Shown here one piece after another: positions 48,042-58,216 of a DNA stretch of 64,000 bases. The notes beneath the pieces are model-generated. The model saw nothing but the letters and a program-made list of their open reading frames with translations. It was not told the origin of the DNA and did not search any database. Source of the DNA: a virus (taxonomy: Duplodnaviria; Caudoviricetes). The stretch spans positions 1-64,000 of the IMG/VR virus record IMGVR_UViG_2513237329_000013; one strand, written 5' to 3'. The position numbers were made by a program, and so were the translations under genes. Position 1 is the stretch's first letter; each line of letters starts with the position of its first letter.

Positions 48042-49276
48042 GCTGATGTATCGCTCCTTTGCGGGCGATAACGAGTCGTATCAAAGTCAATATCGTAAAA
48101 TGCTTTGACACCATTATAATCACAGACGCAAACCAACTGTTGCTGCGCTCCATAAATGCGCTTTCCAACACAGTAGTCATCCATACCGAGAAAGCTGCCA
48201 GCCATAATCGTTTTCACGCCTTGAACACTATCGGTCTTATTGTGATGCAAATGACCTGAAAGAATGGCGTACACAGGTTCTTTTGCCATTGTCTGAAGCG
48301 ATTGAACTTTTCCAGCAGATCCATCATAATCGCCATGTACACCAAGATAAGTCTTGCCGCGAATATCAAGCAAATACATCGTATCGTCGATCTTTCTGTA
48401 ATGATCAAACGACACATTCTCAAAAGATTGTAGACGAGCTTTCAAATACCACTCAACTAAATCGTCAAGACGCTCATGAATCGAGGCAACATCTTTCTCT
48501 TCAAGCCGAGAATGATTCCCAGCAACAGAAGAAAAGTAAACATTCTTAAAGTACCGGCTTAATGTAGACAAAAACTCCGCAAGAAGTTCAGACACTCCAA
48601 CGACCTGTTGAATAACATTTTCTCTGTTCGACACGGCAATAGACTTATGAATATTTCCGCTAATCAAGTCTCCATTTGCCCATACATAACAACTTTCCGA
48701 TCCATGCAAGGCGGAGATTTCAAGGATGCGATCCAGATATTCATTAAGAAGTTGCACACAAACATCGGAATTATAGTAGTTCCAATAGTTGTCCACACAC
48801 GCTCCAAAATGCAAATCGTTTAAGCTTACAAGCAAATCGCTCCCGCTCGACTCCATTACACATGGAACATAGTCAAGCCGAGGAATTACACCAGAAGTAA
48901 TTGCCCTCTCAAAAATATCAGAGTTTTCATCCTTGCGAGCCAGGTCACGCACAACTTTATTAAGAGCATTTCTCTGGTCGAAAAACCGCTGGCGTTCTTT
49001 CTTGAATTCAAGCATCTTCTGCTCAATCTCGTCAAGATATGCACTTCCGAGATCTTGCGTAGCTTTCTGCTTGAAGTATTTCATCACATGATAGCCAGAA
49101 TACGGCGTTACATTCGCCGCTTTACGAAGGCTGTCGTAATGAACATCAAGACCAAGCAGGTCAACGATATCCGACCACTCTAAGTCAGAAGGGTTCTGCT
49201 CAACCTTTATTTCAATCAGTCGTAGGCCATACTCATAACTATCTTCGTTTTCAAGCTGTTTATATTTTGGATTCAA
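48038..49276 (-). CDS. Calcineurin-like metallophosphoesterase with N-terminal helical domain
   Basis: DLHFG, GDLI, GNH, HGD and GHLH motifs. Confidence 0.88.
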   Translation of the reverse strand: MNPKYKQLENEDSYEYGLRLIEIKVEQNPSDLEWSDIVDLLGLDVHYDSLRKAANVTPYSGYHVMKYFKQKATQDLGSAYLDEIEQKMLEFKKERQRFFDQRNALNKVVRDLARKDENSDIFERAITSGVIPRLDYVPCVMESSGSDLLVSLNDLHFGACVDNYWNYYNSDVCVQLLNEYLDRILEISALHGSESCYVWANGDLISGNIHKSIAVSNRENVIQQVVGVSELLAEFLSTLSRYFKNVYFSSVAGNHSRLEEKDVASIHERLDDLVEWYLKARLQSFENVSFDHYRKIDDTMYLLDIRGKTYLGVHGDYDGSAGKVQSLQTMAKEPVYAILSGHLHHNKTDSVQGVKTIMAGSFLGMDDYCVGKRIYGAQQQLVCVCDYNGVKAFYDIDFDTTRYRPQRSDTSA

Positions 49277-49476
49277 TATTCATTCCTCCCATCATTGGGC
49301 GGCAACTGAATACTGCGGCGAATTGTCAGAGTAACGCCAACAACGCCGTCCCAGCGTTTTAACAGCTCTAAAAGGCTGTATGTTCTTACGGAATCAGTAT
49401 CATATTCTGTGATTGTCATATCACTGGTGTCAATTATGGCATTTTCAAAGCTTTCGCTTTTAACCACCATTGACAT
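49273..49476 (-). CDS. YonK-like small protein
   Basis: ITEY......YSL.ELLK.WDG; same gene order as SPbeta yonK-yonJ. Confidence 0.65.
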   Translation of the reverse strand: MSMVVKSESFENAIIDTSDMTITEYDTDSVRTYSLLELLKRWDGVVGVTLTIRRSIQLPPNDGRNEY

Positions 49477-49711
49477 TATGCTTTCCTCGCTGCTGAATGA
49501 TTCGTTTGCGACGAATCTCACGCTCTCGATCAATCCGTGCAACAATTTCGGCGGCGAGATGGTTCGTACTCGCAATCGCCCTCATGTTTCCTTCACTCTC
49601 TGTTGCGTAGTAATGATGCCGCTTTGAATCCTGCATCATTGTTCGCGTCACCTTGTACTCAGGATACAATTCTCTGAGAATACGAGATTCTTCCTTAGTT
49701 ACTGGAATCAT
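49460..49711 (-). CDS. Hypothetical protein
   Basis: 83 aa; RBS; overlaps next gene. Confidence 0.7.
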   Translation of the reverse strand: MIPVTKEESRILRELYPEYKVTRTMMQDSKRHHYYATESEGNMRAIASTNHLAAEIVARIDREREIRRKRIIQQRGKHNVNGG

Positions 49712-49841
49712 ATAAAGTCTTCATTCCTTTTCAAAAAAGATGTCTGGGCTGCGGGTATCGCACCGCAGCCATAGACAGGAGAATCCCGAATAGTTTAGTA
49801 AATACGGTTTTCTTCCCTTAAAGGTCTTTTTCTTTTTGGTT

Positions 49842-49940
49842 GCAAACATTCCGTTGAACAACGGGTGTTTCGTCATATTTACCAAGCGTTATTTGACAAA
49901 TTGGATAGGCAAACATTCCGTTGAACAACGGGTGTTTCGT
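49842..49940. repeat. 32-bp direct repeat containing palindrome CCGTTG-AA-CAACGG
   Basis: GCAAACATTCCGTTGAACAACGGGTGTTTCGT at 49842-49873 and 49909-49940. Confidence 0.9.
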
Positions 49941-50003
49941 AATATCAGACTTCAAAATAAAACATGGGGACATTTTGTGCTATTTAGCTAATTCCTAACA
50001 ACA

Positions 50004-52778
50004 TCATGCGACGCTACGCTGACGTCGTTTCTTCTCACGCTCATAATTGCGAATATGGATAGCCTGACAGTCATCGCAGCGCTTCTTATTTTTCACGATA
50101 CCGTCTACCTCAAACTCTTTTCCACAATCAATACACCGCAGTTTCTTTTTGCCGAGTGGGTGATATCCAGAGCAGCTCGTACATACCTTTTGCTGCGGTG
50201 AAAGAGGAACAAAACGCTCTCCACATTTCTTGCACTGAATAGAACCATCTGGGATATTTCGCTTGAGGTTTTCCAGAACGATATCACCAAAGCACATCCA
50301 GAAAACATTTTTCCTACGGCTATTCTTACTATGAAATAGATATTTCACAAGAATGTCGCAAACATCTAAGCGCTCAAGACAAATCTCGTCGAATTGCTTC
50401 AAGATATTGTCCCGAATATATGCAAAGTTCGAGTCATCATCATAAAAGCTGATCGAATAGCGATACTGCTTTTCCACATCATTGTACAGGTCAGTCACAG
50501 ACGATAGTAACTCAACCTGTTTCATCGGGTTACTAAGCATATACTGATATCTGAAGACACCAATATTCTTCGCGGCAAAAGACATCCGCTTATTAGGAAC
50601 GATGTGTTCAAGCTGATTCACAACACTATTGTTCATTCGCTGAACCTGAAATTTTGTTTTCTTTTTAGCGTGGATAAAAAAATGCGGCGCTTTCATACTC
50701 GTAATTCTTGCAAGACGAGCATTGATTTCATCTGGTCGAGTTGGCTTATACAGCGTCTTGGCATAGTCGATACAGAAGTTATTCTCCATACATAAGATTT
50801 TAATTGCTTCTATGTCAACATCCTCACCGTTCCAAATCTTCGTAATATCATTGCTAATAACACCGATATTGCCACCAGTCCATGCGGCGCGAAGCCCTTT
50901 GAAAATTTCCTCTGGTGTAATCGTAACAGCGCCAGCCTTTGCCATCTCGTAGTATAAAGGAACGATTCCTTCCATATTGCGCTCAGCAATAGACACAAGT
51001 AAGGAATCAGCGCATACGAGACTTTTATCTCCGTCGCAATCAAATTGTAGGATCTTTGAAATTAGATCATGACAGCTCGTATAGATAGCATTTTGAGAAA
51101 ACCACTTTTTCGTTGCACTGGTTACAACATTTTTACGAACAGCATGTTCACGATATAAGTGGGGTGAACGCAGACAGTCCAATTTACTCACTGTGCGATA
51201 AAGATAGCAAGACACCTCTCCATCTGCAAGCAAGCCAACAGGACTGCGATTTCCAAGAAACAGCCATTCGCAGAAAGCATAGAGATCTGGAATCAAGAAC
51301 ATATACTTTGCGCTCAAATCAATCTTTGCTGCTCTTGCCTCAGTAACAAGATTCTTCTTGATTTGCCGTAGCATCTCTTTTGTGTATGGGTCGGAGAGCA
51401 ATTCCGGATAGATACTAAGACACTCCTGAAAAGCATTCTTATTGCGATACTGTGTAGAAGCCCCGAACACATCCAGCATAGTATTCTTATCCGATGCAAT
51501 TTTAGCAATTTTGTCAATCGTCTTTCCAGCAAGCTGCTCAAGTTCATCTGTACTCAAATCTGTGAGTGTTTGAAGCATTTGATAGTTAAGCTTTGCATCA
51601 GGAATGAAGTCCTCTTCCTCATTACACTTACCGACAGTGCATCCATTTGCTAAAAACAAATCAATGTACTCTTGCCAATTCGCGTAATACTTGTACATCT
51701 TAAATTGACTTTTTGTAAAAATGACCTGGATACCCTCTGCGATTACATCATGTTCAAAACCATAGATGTCTGTTACCAAACCATGATTTACGGACGGATC
51801 GCGTTCGTTTGATTCTAAGATAAACTTATCAAACGGGAATACAGCAAGAAGCCCTTTTACCCACGGAAGACGAACCATAGTGTTTTTTGCATTACAAGAG
51901 GGAAGAACCATTCCGCAGCCATCCGTATGTGTAATTGGAATCTCCATATCTCTGCGCTCAACACTGTATGTTTTGTGATCAATAAAATCAACAGTTCCAC
52001 CAACCATCGTTTCCATATCATCTACAACGATAGTCTTTCTAATATCGAAATCTTCCCACAAATCAGTTGCGCTATTGCACAGTGCAAGATACGCCAGATA
52101 CTTATTGATATTGATTCCACCAAGCTCGTTGATTTTTTGAACGCTCAGTCCACACATAATGGTTTTTTGATACTTCTCCCAAACTCTTTCCTTAATGAAA
52201 ACAGTTTTCTTTGTTCTGATCTGTCCAGCAGATGCCGTAAAACAAATGTAGCGTTCTCCGTTAAAGGTATACCCATTTAGGATAAGATCTTCAATCACAT
52301 CGAAATAATATGTGCGAATAACCATGAAATCGTCATACAGCTTTCCTGTTTCCATGCCAAGTGTTCTTGTAAGCATCGACTCAAAAACAGAAATCACATT
52401 CTTATCAACCACATATTCAGTCCGTAACTCACGTTGCGAGCGATGTGCTTGAAGAAGTGATACAAGTTCAGACTTCTTAATCTTAATCATCTGGTTCGTA
52501 CCGCGAATTTCTTTCGCAATCTGTTTTACACGGGAACTATCCATCGCAACAGAAATCGGATCTGACTTTCCCATGCCATACAATTTACGAAACTGAGATT
52601 CAGCCTTCTCTTGTGTTATTTCTCCAGCACACAGCCGCTCAATAATTTCTCGCTCTGATTTTAATTTCGATTTTGAAGAGCAGTGCTTATTGATCTCAAC
52701 CTCAAGTGCCTTTTCTTCGTCGGTGTAAAACGCACTCGTGTCAAAACTATAAATATGGATTTGCCGATCAAGACTAAT
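50004..52778 (-). CDS. YonO-like single-subunit RNA polymerase with C-terminal Zn ribbons; probable ATT start
   Basis: TASAGQIR.KK, TDGCG, RLPWVKG, RSPH and catalytic DCDGD; frame stays open 65 codons upstream of the listed TTG. Confidence 0.88.
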   Translation of the reverse strand: MSLDRQIHIYSFDTSAFYTDEEKALEVEINKHCSSKSKLKSEREIIERLCAGEITQEKAESQFRKLYGMGKSDPISVAMDSSRVKQIAKEIRGTNQMIKIKKSELVSLLQAHRSQRELRTEYVVDKNVISVFESMLTRTLGMETGKLYDDFMVIRTYYFDVIEDLILNGYTFNGERYICFTASAGQIRTKKTVFIKERVWEKYQKTIMCGLSVQKINELGGININKYLAYLALCNSATDLWEDFDIRKTIVVDDMETMVGGTVDFIDHKTYSVERRDMEIPITHTDGCGMVLPSCNAKNTMVRLPWVKGLLAVFPFDKFILESNERDPSVNHGLVTDIYGFEHDVIAEGIQVIFTKSQFKMYKYYANWQEYIDLFLANGCTVGKCNEEEDFIPDAKLNYQMLQTLTDLSTDELEQLAGKTIDKIAKIASDKNTMLDVFGASTQYRNKNAFQECLSIYPELLSDPYTKEMLRQIKKNLVTEARAAKIDLSAKYMFLIPDLYAFCEWLFLGNRSPVGLLADGEVSCYLYRTVSKLDCLRSPHLYREHAVRKNVVTSATKKWFSQNAIYTSCHDLISKILQFDCDGDKSLVCADSLLVSIAERNMEGIVPLYYEMAKAGAVTITPEEIFKGLRAAWTGGNIGVISNDITKIWNGEDVDIEAIKILCMENNFCIDYAKTLYKPTRPDEINARLARITSMKAPHFFIHAKKKTKFQVQRMNNSVVNQLEHIVPNKRMSFAAKNIGVFRYQYMLSNPMKQVELLSSVTDLYNDVEKQYRYSISFYDDDSNFAYIRDNILKQFDEICLERLDVCDILVKYLFHSKNSRRKNVFWMCFGDIVLENLKRNIPDGSIQCKKCGERFVPLSPQQKVCTSCSGYHPLGKKKLRCIDCGKEFEVDGIVKNKKRCDDCQAIHIRNYEREKKRRQRSVA

Positions 52779-52931
52779 GGCTAATCACTCCTTGCCGTTA
52801 TTTATTCTGTATCTCTTATCTTTTAACAAACCATTTTCAACATACCGTTGAACAACGGGTTATTTAGAAGCAGTCTGAATGAGGTTCATTCAGATGACCT
52901 CTTCGGAAAGCCATTTTTCAACCAAAACGAG

Positions 52932-53297
52932 CTACTCCGCCAAATCCACTGAACTATCAATCTTTTGCAAATCACCAGTCCAGAAAAGCCAGCCATCTGG
53001 ATCTTCTTTCAAGATAACAACCGAGTTTAGCTTTTGAATAGAAGCAGATCTATCATACTGCACGGTAAAGACATCTCCAGCATGAGTTTCTACAAAATCA
53101 CGATAGCGCTCGGACAGACGCAAATAATCTGGATGTTTCATGATCTGTTCAACATTCAATCGAACCAAATCACCCTCATGTAAATCCTGCGGTGCAGAAC
53201 CACGATTTCGCATAGAAATATACATCTCAGCCAAACTGTGAGAAATGCCTTTCTTCTTCGCCAGGCTCCTAAACTTCCTTGTTTGCGATCTGTTCAT
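52932..53297 (-). CDS. Hypothetical protein
   Basis: MNRSQ start after GAGG RBS. Confidence 0.65.
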   Translation of the reverse strand: MNRSQTRKFRSLAKKKGISHSLAEMYISMRNRGSAPQDLHEGDLVRLNVEQIMKHPDYLRLSERYRDFVETHAGDVFTVQYDRSASIQKLNSVVILKEDPDGWLFWTGDLQKIDSSVDLAE

Positions 53298-53298
53298 A

Positions 53299-53847
53299 TC
53301 AACCTCTTGCCGCAATATAGCTATCAAGCAAATCAAGAATCTCTTCTACAAGAGATACCCAATTCGGATCAATCTTAATTTCATCCTTGTGATTTCGGTA
53401 ATACTCCGGAGCAGAATCACCATTAACATACCCCATAGCTTGCCAATCACAAATCATTTCCAGATAAGCACAGATTTTCGTGTCAACATCGTAATAGGAC
53501 ATAAAGTCTCCATTACAATCAATCCAATACTGCCAATGATGATCGTTAGTACGATAATGGCGCTCCCATGCCAGTTCAAAAGCCGCGTCATCAACCACTT
53601 CGCCCGCAACAGGATAAAAATGTTGACGATACGGTAAGAATTCTTCCTCAGACATCTTGCTGTCATCGTGATTGCGGATACGCCATTCCATCTCATCAAG
53701 AATTTTAGGACGCTGGAATAAATCAATTCCCTTTAAGGCATCACGCAATTCCAGCCATGCTTTTCTAATGTTCTCCTTGTGCTGAGCAATGTAATTCATA
53801 TACTCAGTTGTCTTTTCTAATAACTCTGTCTTATTAAACTCGCTCAT
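53299..53847 (-). CDS. HD-like metal-binding protein (DUF5662-like)
   Basis: H...HD.SK...E, H...N.HH and EM.CDW motifs. Confidence 0.75.
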   Translation of the reverse strand: MSEFNKTELLEKTTEYMNYIAQHKENIRKAWLELRDALKGIDLFQRPKILDEMEWRIRNHDDSKMSEEEFLPYRQHFYPVAGEVVDDAAFELAWERHYRTNDHHWQYWIDCNGDFMSYYDVDTKICAYLEMICDWQAMGYVNGDSAPEYYRNHKDEIKIDPNWVSLVEEILDLLDSYIAARG

Positions 53848-53855
53848 ATTTCCTC

Positions 53856-55022
53856 CTATGACCTGTACATCTTTCTGATTCTAACGATATTCTTTCCAAG
53901 CAATTCGGCGGCACGAGTGACTTCTTCAACCGTCGTATTCCATCCGAACGAAACTCTAATTGTAGACTTCGCCTGCGTATAATTCCGCCCAATGGCGCTT
54001 AGAACATGACTTGGTTCTAAACTGCCGGCAGAGCAAGCAGAAGCAGCAGAAATACATACACCGTCCGAATTCATCAGATGAAGAATAGCCTCAGATTCAA
54101 CATCATTTATTGTAATACTCAAAATACTGCTTAGCTGATATGATTTCTCATAATGCTCATTGACCTTGATTCCTTCGTCGCATACAGAATATAGCTTTTT
54201 CAAAAATGCTTTCCGTAGCACCAATGCGTCACGAGAAAATTCGGTTGGTATTGAAAACTTTGCTGCAGTACCAAGCGCAACAATACCAGCTACATTCTCC
54301 GTGCCGGCTCTCACGCCAAATTCTTGTCCGCCGCCGTATATAATCGGCTCAATATGCTTTTTAAGCCCGCCGCGCACATACAAAGCTCCAACACCAATCG
54401 GCGCACCGAACTTATGCCCACTGATAGACAGCATATCAATTCCGTAAGCATTTACATTGACATCAATATGCCCAACCGCTTGCACTGCATCTGTATGGAA
54501 TACCGCACCATAGCAATTACAAAGATCTGCAATGCTTTTTATGTCCTGAATAACACCGATTTCGTTATTTACCCACATGACAGACACAAGACCTACATTG
54601 TCTTCTTTGAGATATTTTTCAAGTTCAAATAAATCAACCTGACCATATGTATCAACGGAAAGCGGTTTCACGACTATTCCAAGGCGAGTCAGTAAGTTAC
54701 ACTGGTTCAAAATGGCGTGATGCTCAATTTGGCTAACAAGCATTACATTATGATTCGTTGCATTTAGAGCAGATGCCATTCCTGTGAGAGCCAAATTATC
54801 TGACTCAGATCCACCAGAAGTAAAAATGATTTCTTCTGGGCTATCCGCACCGATTAGCTTAGACACATCAAAACGAGCCTGATAAATGGCTTGGTGTGCT
54901 TGTCGGCCAGCGGAATGAAGAGAACTTGGATTGCCACATTTTCCAGAACTATACCAATAATTCAAAGCTTCATATACAGGCGGTCGAATGCTTGTTGTCG
55001 CTGCATGATCTAAATAAATCAT
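53856..55022 (-). CDS. iscS: Cysteine desulfurase (IscS/NifS group I)
   Basis: IYLDHAATT, GNPSSLH, TSGGSESDN, HTDAVQ, SGHK (PLP Lys), RAGTEN, SACSAG (catalytic Cys). Confidence 0.92.
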   Translation of the reverse strand: MIYLDHAATTSIRPPVYEALNYWYSSGKCGNPSSLHSAGRQAHQAIYQARFDVSKLIGADSPEEIIFTSGGSESDNLALTGMASALNATNHNVMLVSQIEHHAILNQCNLLTRLGIVVKPLSVDTYGQVDLFELEKYLKEDNVGLVSVMWVNNEIGVIQDIKSIADLCNCYGAVFHTDAVQAVGHIDVNVNAYGIDMLSISGHKFGAPIGVGALYVRGGLKKHIEPIIYGGGQEFGVRAGTENVAGIVALGTAAKFSIPTEFSRDALVLRKAFLKKLYSVCDEGIKVNEHYEKSYQLSSILSITINDVESEAILHLMNSDGVCISAASACSAGSLEPSHVLSAIGRNYTQAKSTIRVSFGWNTTVEEVTRAAELLGKNIVRIRKMYRS

Positions 55023-55102
55023 CGTTTTCTCCTTTATGGGTGGACGGGCAAAGCCCGTCCGCGCCACGCTATCACAAAAATTACACACTAACATTTAGAT
55101 TG

Positions 55103-55279
55103 TTAGTATAGGTCGCCTACACACTCCGAAAAATATGTCTCTTGGTTTTCTTGCAAGATGCTTTCGTAATACGGAATATCTTCCGATTGCTCAATAGGAG
55201 TAAAATCTTCACATCTTTTATCACATAAACACTTGTCAACCCAATAACATCCATGACAAGTCAAAGCATTGTCGTTCAT
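55103..55279 (-). CDS. Small Cys-rich protein (58 aa, below track cutoff)
   Basis: MNDNALTCHGCYWVDKCLCDKRCEDF... Confidence 0.6.
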   Translation of the reverse strand: MNDNALTCHGCYWVDKCLCDKRCEDFTPIEQSEDIPYYESILQENQETYFSECVGDLY

Positions 55280-55607
55280 ATTTCATTGTTCCTTTCATCT
55301 GTCACATGCGCATCATCTCCTAACATCTCCAATCTTTTTAACCTGCCCCTTTCAAGACGCGCTTTGGAGGCGGCAATCTGCTCCTCCGTCAAAACTACCT
55401 TCTTTTTGGTTTTACCTTGAACCATTCCGCTGGAATATGAGCAATCAAACTTCCGTCCGGATTCACATGCCGAATCTCTACTTCATCTGGGTATTGCTCT
55501 TTAAGCTTCCATATTTGATTGATCCATCTTGTTTCGCTACTAAAGAATGTTGCAATCTTTTCTCCTGCAACATGATCAATAGCTGTCTCTCTAATATCAC
55601 CCGTCAT
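55276..55607 (-). pseudogene. Hypothetical protein with apparent 1-nt frameshift
   Basis: One extra A in the run at 55403-55407 extends the ORF (KKVVLTEEQIAASKARL...) to a stop overlapping the next ATG. Confidence 0.55.
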
Positions 55608-55806
55608 GTGCTTCACCTATATATTCCAATAGAAATTTCTTGATTTTTCTTTGACACTGAACTTCTGGCTTATCAGAGAAGCCCTGAATTGCACAGCACC
55701 TTCCGCCACAAACAACATCGCACAATGTAAAAATCGGAATCGCAGCCAAAAGACAGGAAACATCGTCTATATCAACTAAATTCTTATTTTTGCTCTCCAT
55801 TGTCAT
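55597..55806 (-). CDS. Small Cys-rich hypothetical protein
   Basis: Coupled ORF with RBS. Confidence 0.6.
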   Translation of the reverse strand: MTMESKNKNLVDIDDVSCLLAAIPIFTLCDVVCGGRCCAIQGFSDKPEVQCQRKIKKFLLEYIGEAHDG

Positions 55807-56356
55807 CCTCTACATAAACACATCGGTCAAAATCAAAAACCCAAACAAAAGGATTTTGCTCCCATCCGATCTTGGATCGTTTCTTCTCCGATACCCCACT
55901 GTTCCACTTAGAAGCAAAGGCAAGCTCAGGCGATAAAACACCTGGCAACCAAATACCTTCTCGTTCGATATCATTAAGTGAGATATCCTGTAATCGTTCT
56001 ACACGAACATCTATGATTCTTATAAAATGCCTTGCAGCATCATTTTGCATTTGAACAGATGGTTTCCAATTGAACAAGAGATAGCCTTGCGGTGGATCTC
56101 TATCCAAACGATACACATACTTGTCACCAATCATTGCCCATGTTTCTTTTAGAGCAAGAATATCTCCATTTTCGTATGGCGGCTTAATGACCTTGCGCTC
56201 TTCTTCTGCATCTTGCGCATCCAATAAAAATCCCGCTTCGGTCATTTCTCCACCTGAGATATCTTGCTTATTCATGGCAATGCGAAAACAATGCTTTTCA
56301 TTTTCAACGATTTGTCTTAGCGCATCGCCATTAAGCCTTATGTACTTCACGCTCAT
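55784..56356 (-). CDS. ASCH/PUA-like phage protein
   Basis: PY..GDIL.LKETW, WKPS.QM, VRVERLQDIS, W..NP.VWV. Confidence 0.7.
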   Translation of the reverse strand: MSVKYIRLNGDALRQIVENEKHCFRIAMNKQDISGGEMTEAGFLLDAQDAEEERKVIKPPYENGDILALKETWAMIGDKYVYRLDRDPPQGYLLFNWKPSVQMQNDAARHFIRIIDVRVERLQDISLNDIEREGIWLPGVLSPELAFASKWNSGVSEKKRSKIGWEQNPFVWVFDFDRCVYVEDDNGEQK

Positions 56357-56376
56357 ATTCGCACTCTGATTCCTCC

Positions 56377-56973
56377 TTATACATGAGTCCATATCTGACC
56401 ACTTACTATTTTAGAAATTAAATTCGCAGACACTCCATATTGATTTGCTAATTCCTTTCTGTTACACCTTACACCAGAACCTCTTGGTATATAGTTCATA
56501 CGGATTTCTCGCACATCATCCTCAGTCAGTTTCGACATACCATTACAGCTTCCGGTATAAGCGCCAAGGTGTGACAGATATCCGAGTTGTGCCGGTACAT
56601 CATAGTCGATCAGTTCAAGGTCAACGGCATGAAAATAATTTTCCTGCCTTGTACACCATTCGAGGTTATCTACCCAATTATGCTGCTTGCAGCCGTCAAT
56701 ATGATTGACGATTTCATACCCAATAGGATTCGGAATAAAAGTCTCAGCAACACACCGATGTATTCTCACATTAAGCCGACGTCCAAACACAGAAATGCAA
56801 ACTTGCTGATATCCGCCAGCACCATAACCGCAAGAGTAGATCTTGCCAGTAATGGCATTTCGTATTCTGCCGAAAGTAGACACTTCAAACCGCCATGAGT
56901 AATCGACACCCTGATATACAGCACCTTGCCATACTTCGCTATCGAAATCACGAAACACCAAATCACTTCCCAA
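56377..56973 (-). CDS. NUMOD4-HNH endonuclease with C-terminal HTH
   Basis: VS..GRIR, HR.VA.TFIPNP, VNHIDG.K..N..DNLEW. Confidence 0.88.
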   Translation of the reverse strand: MGSDLVFRDFDSEVWQGAVYQGVDYSWRFEVSTFGRIRNAITGKIYSCGYGAGGYQQVCISVFGRRLNVRIHRCVAETFIPNPIGYEIVNHIDGCKQHNWVDNLEWCTRQENYFHAVDLELIDYDVPAQLGYLSHLGAYTGSCNGMSKLTEDDVREIRMNYIPRGSGVRCNRKELANQYGVSANLISKIVSGQIWTHV

Positions 56974-56975
56974 TA

Positions 56976-57218
56976 TTATTGTGCCAGAACCTTATCCGCT
57001 ACGGAATCGTAATATCGCATCCAAAGATGTTGAATGAGAGCTTTTCTATGCGGCTGCTCCAAACGATCAAGCACATCAAGAAGCCCTTTAATCGCTGTGT
57101 CATTCTTCTCAACGATGTTCAAAACACGCCACACTTCGATTCCAAACTCATTTCCGTAATTCTTTTGCAGCTCAGCCGGCAAAATCTGTTTAGCAACTCG
57201 TTCACTGATATTACCCAT
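56976..57218 (-). CDS. Hypothetical protein
   Basis: Coupled small ORF. Confidence 0.6.
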   Translation of the reverse strand: MGNISERVAKQILPAELQKNYGNEFGIEVWRVLNIVEKNDTAIKGLLDVLDRLEQPHRKALIQHLWMRYYDSVADKVLAQ

Positions 57219-57480
57219 TGGCTTCACCAGACTCCTTTGGAGTAAAACCATTACAGTTGCGTAGCCATATAGGATCGAAGTTGACAGGCCACATAAACCA
57301 GCCGCTCATAACGCCATGCTTCTCAGCACGAATATCCAGCTTTGCGGCCTGAAGAAAATTTGTCGGCTCAAACATGGAAAATAAATTCGTATCGTTCCCA
57401 GGATAGCAACAACAACTATGTGCATCGCCTGGAACATCACCCCTATATTTGCACTTATAACACATTCCTAACTCATACAC
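57211..57480 (-). CDS. Cys-rich hypothetical protein
   Basis: CYKC..H..C and GWF.WP.NFDP.W..C motifs. Confidence 0.65.
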   Translation of the reverse strand: MYELGMCYKCKYRGDVPGDAHSCCCYPGNDTNLFSMFEPTNFLQAAKLDIRAEKHGVMSGWFMWPVNFDPIWLRNCNGFTPKESGEANG

Positions 57481-57758
57481 GATTTTTCACCTCGCAAAGA
57501 AGACCGACTAAGCCGTTCAACAGACTTACGCAATCTTAGGTTTTCTTTTTCAAGCTCGTGAAGCTGGACATCATAACTAACAACAGATCCAGCAAGCTCT
57601 AAATTTTGTTCTTTCAGGTCTTCAACGCCGGTTCGCAGCGAAGCAACAAAGACACACGCACTGTAATCCTCGATCCACCACGCACACTGTTCTCCGATGC
57701 ACTTTGATCCAACACCGCCCCTGATAGAAGCAAGAGGACAATACTTCTCATTCTCCAT
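57468..57758 (-). CDS. Hypothetical protein (Cys motif plus coiled coil)
   Basis: CPL..C....CAWW. Confidence 0.6.
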   Translation of the reverse strand: MENEKYCPLASIRGGVGSKCIGEQCAWWIEDYSACVFVASLRTGVEDLKEQNLELAGSVVSYDVQLHELEKENLRLRKSVERLSRSSLRGEKSCMS

Positions 57759-57760
57759 GC

Positions 57761-58216
57761 TTAATAAACCTCCCACTTATAGTCAAAAGAACGCCGATAT
57801 CCGCCTTTGCCAGCACCACCGATTTTTCCTCTACGAACCAGACGATTTGAATAATTGCGGTAATACTTTTTGGCTTTTGAATTCTTTGGATAGACGATAT
57901 ACGCACCCTTGCGATGCCAGATATCTCGCACATAGCATCCTTCAATAGCCCGCATCAAATCATTGCGCTTTTTCACGCGCATCTTTCTTCGATACGCCTT
58001 GCCAGTCTTACGCCTTCCAATTCGTTCAAAATCATCTTTCTGGCAAAAGGCATCATCACAATAACCACCAACAAAGAAAGGATAATCAATCTTATCACAT
58101 CCGCAATGGTCATATTGAAAAGCGCCGGCTTCATCAGCATTGCGATATCTTCTTTCTACATCCTCCGAAATAGGGCATTCATCACAGCAGAAATAAGCAG
58201 ATCCAACATCAATCAT
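57761..58216 (-). CDS. Hypothetical protein (Cys-rich N-terminus, basic C-terminus)
   Basis: ORF with GAGGTG RBS. Confidence 0.65.
   Translation of the reverse strand: MIDVGSAYFCCDECPISEDVERRYRNADEAGAFQYDHCGCDKIDYPFFVGGYCDDAFCQKDDFERIGRRKTGKAYRRKMRVKKRNDLMRAIEGCYVRDIWHRKGAYIVYPKNSKAKKYYRNYSNRLVRRGKIGGAGKGGYRRSFDYKWEVY

Noticed and set aside
55103-55279. Suspected second frameshift
   Set aside because: Recounting shows an intact 58-aa ORF that is simply under the track cutoff
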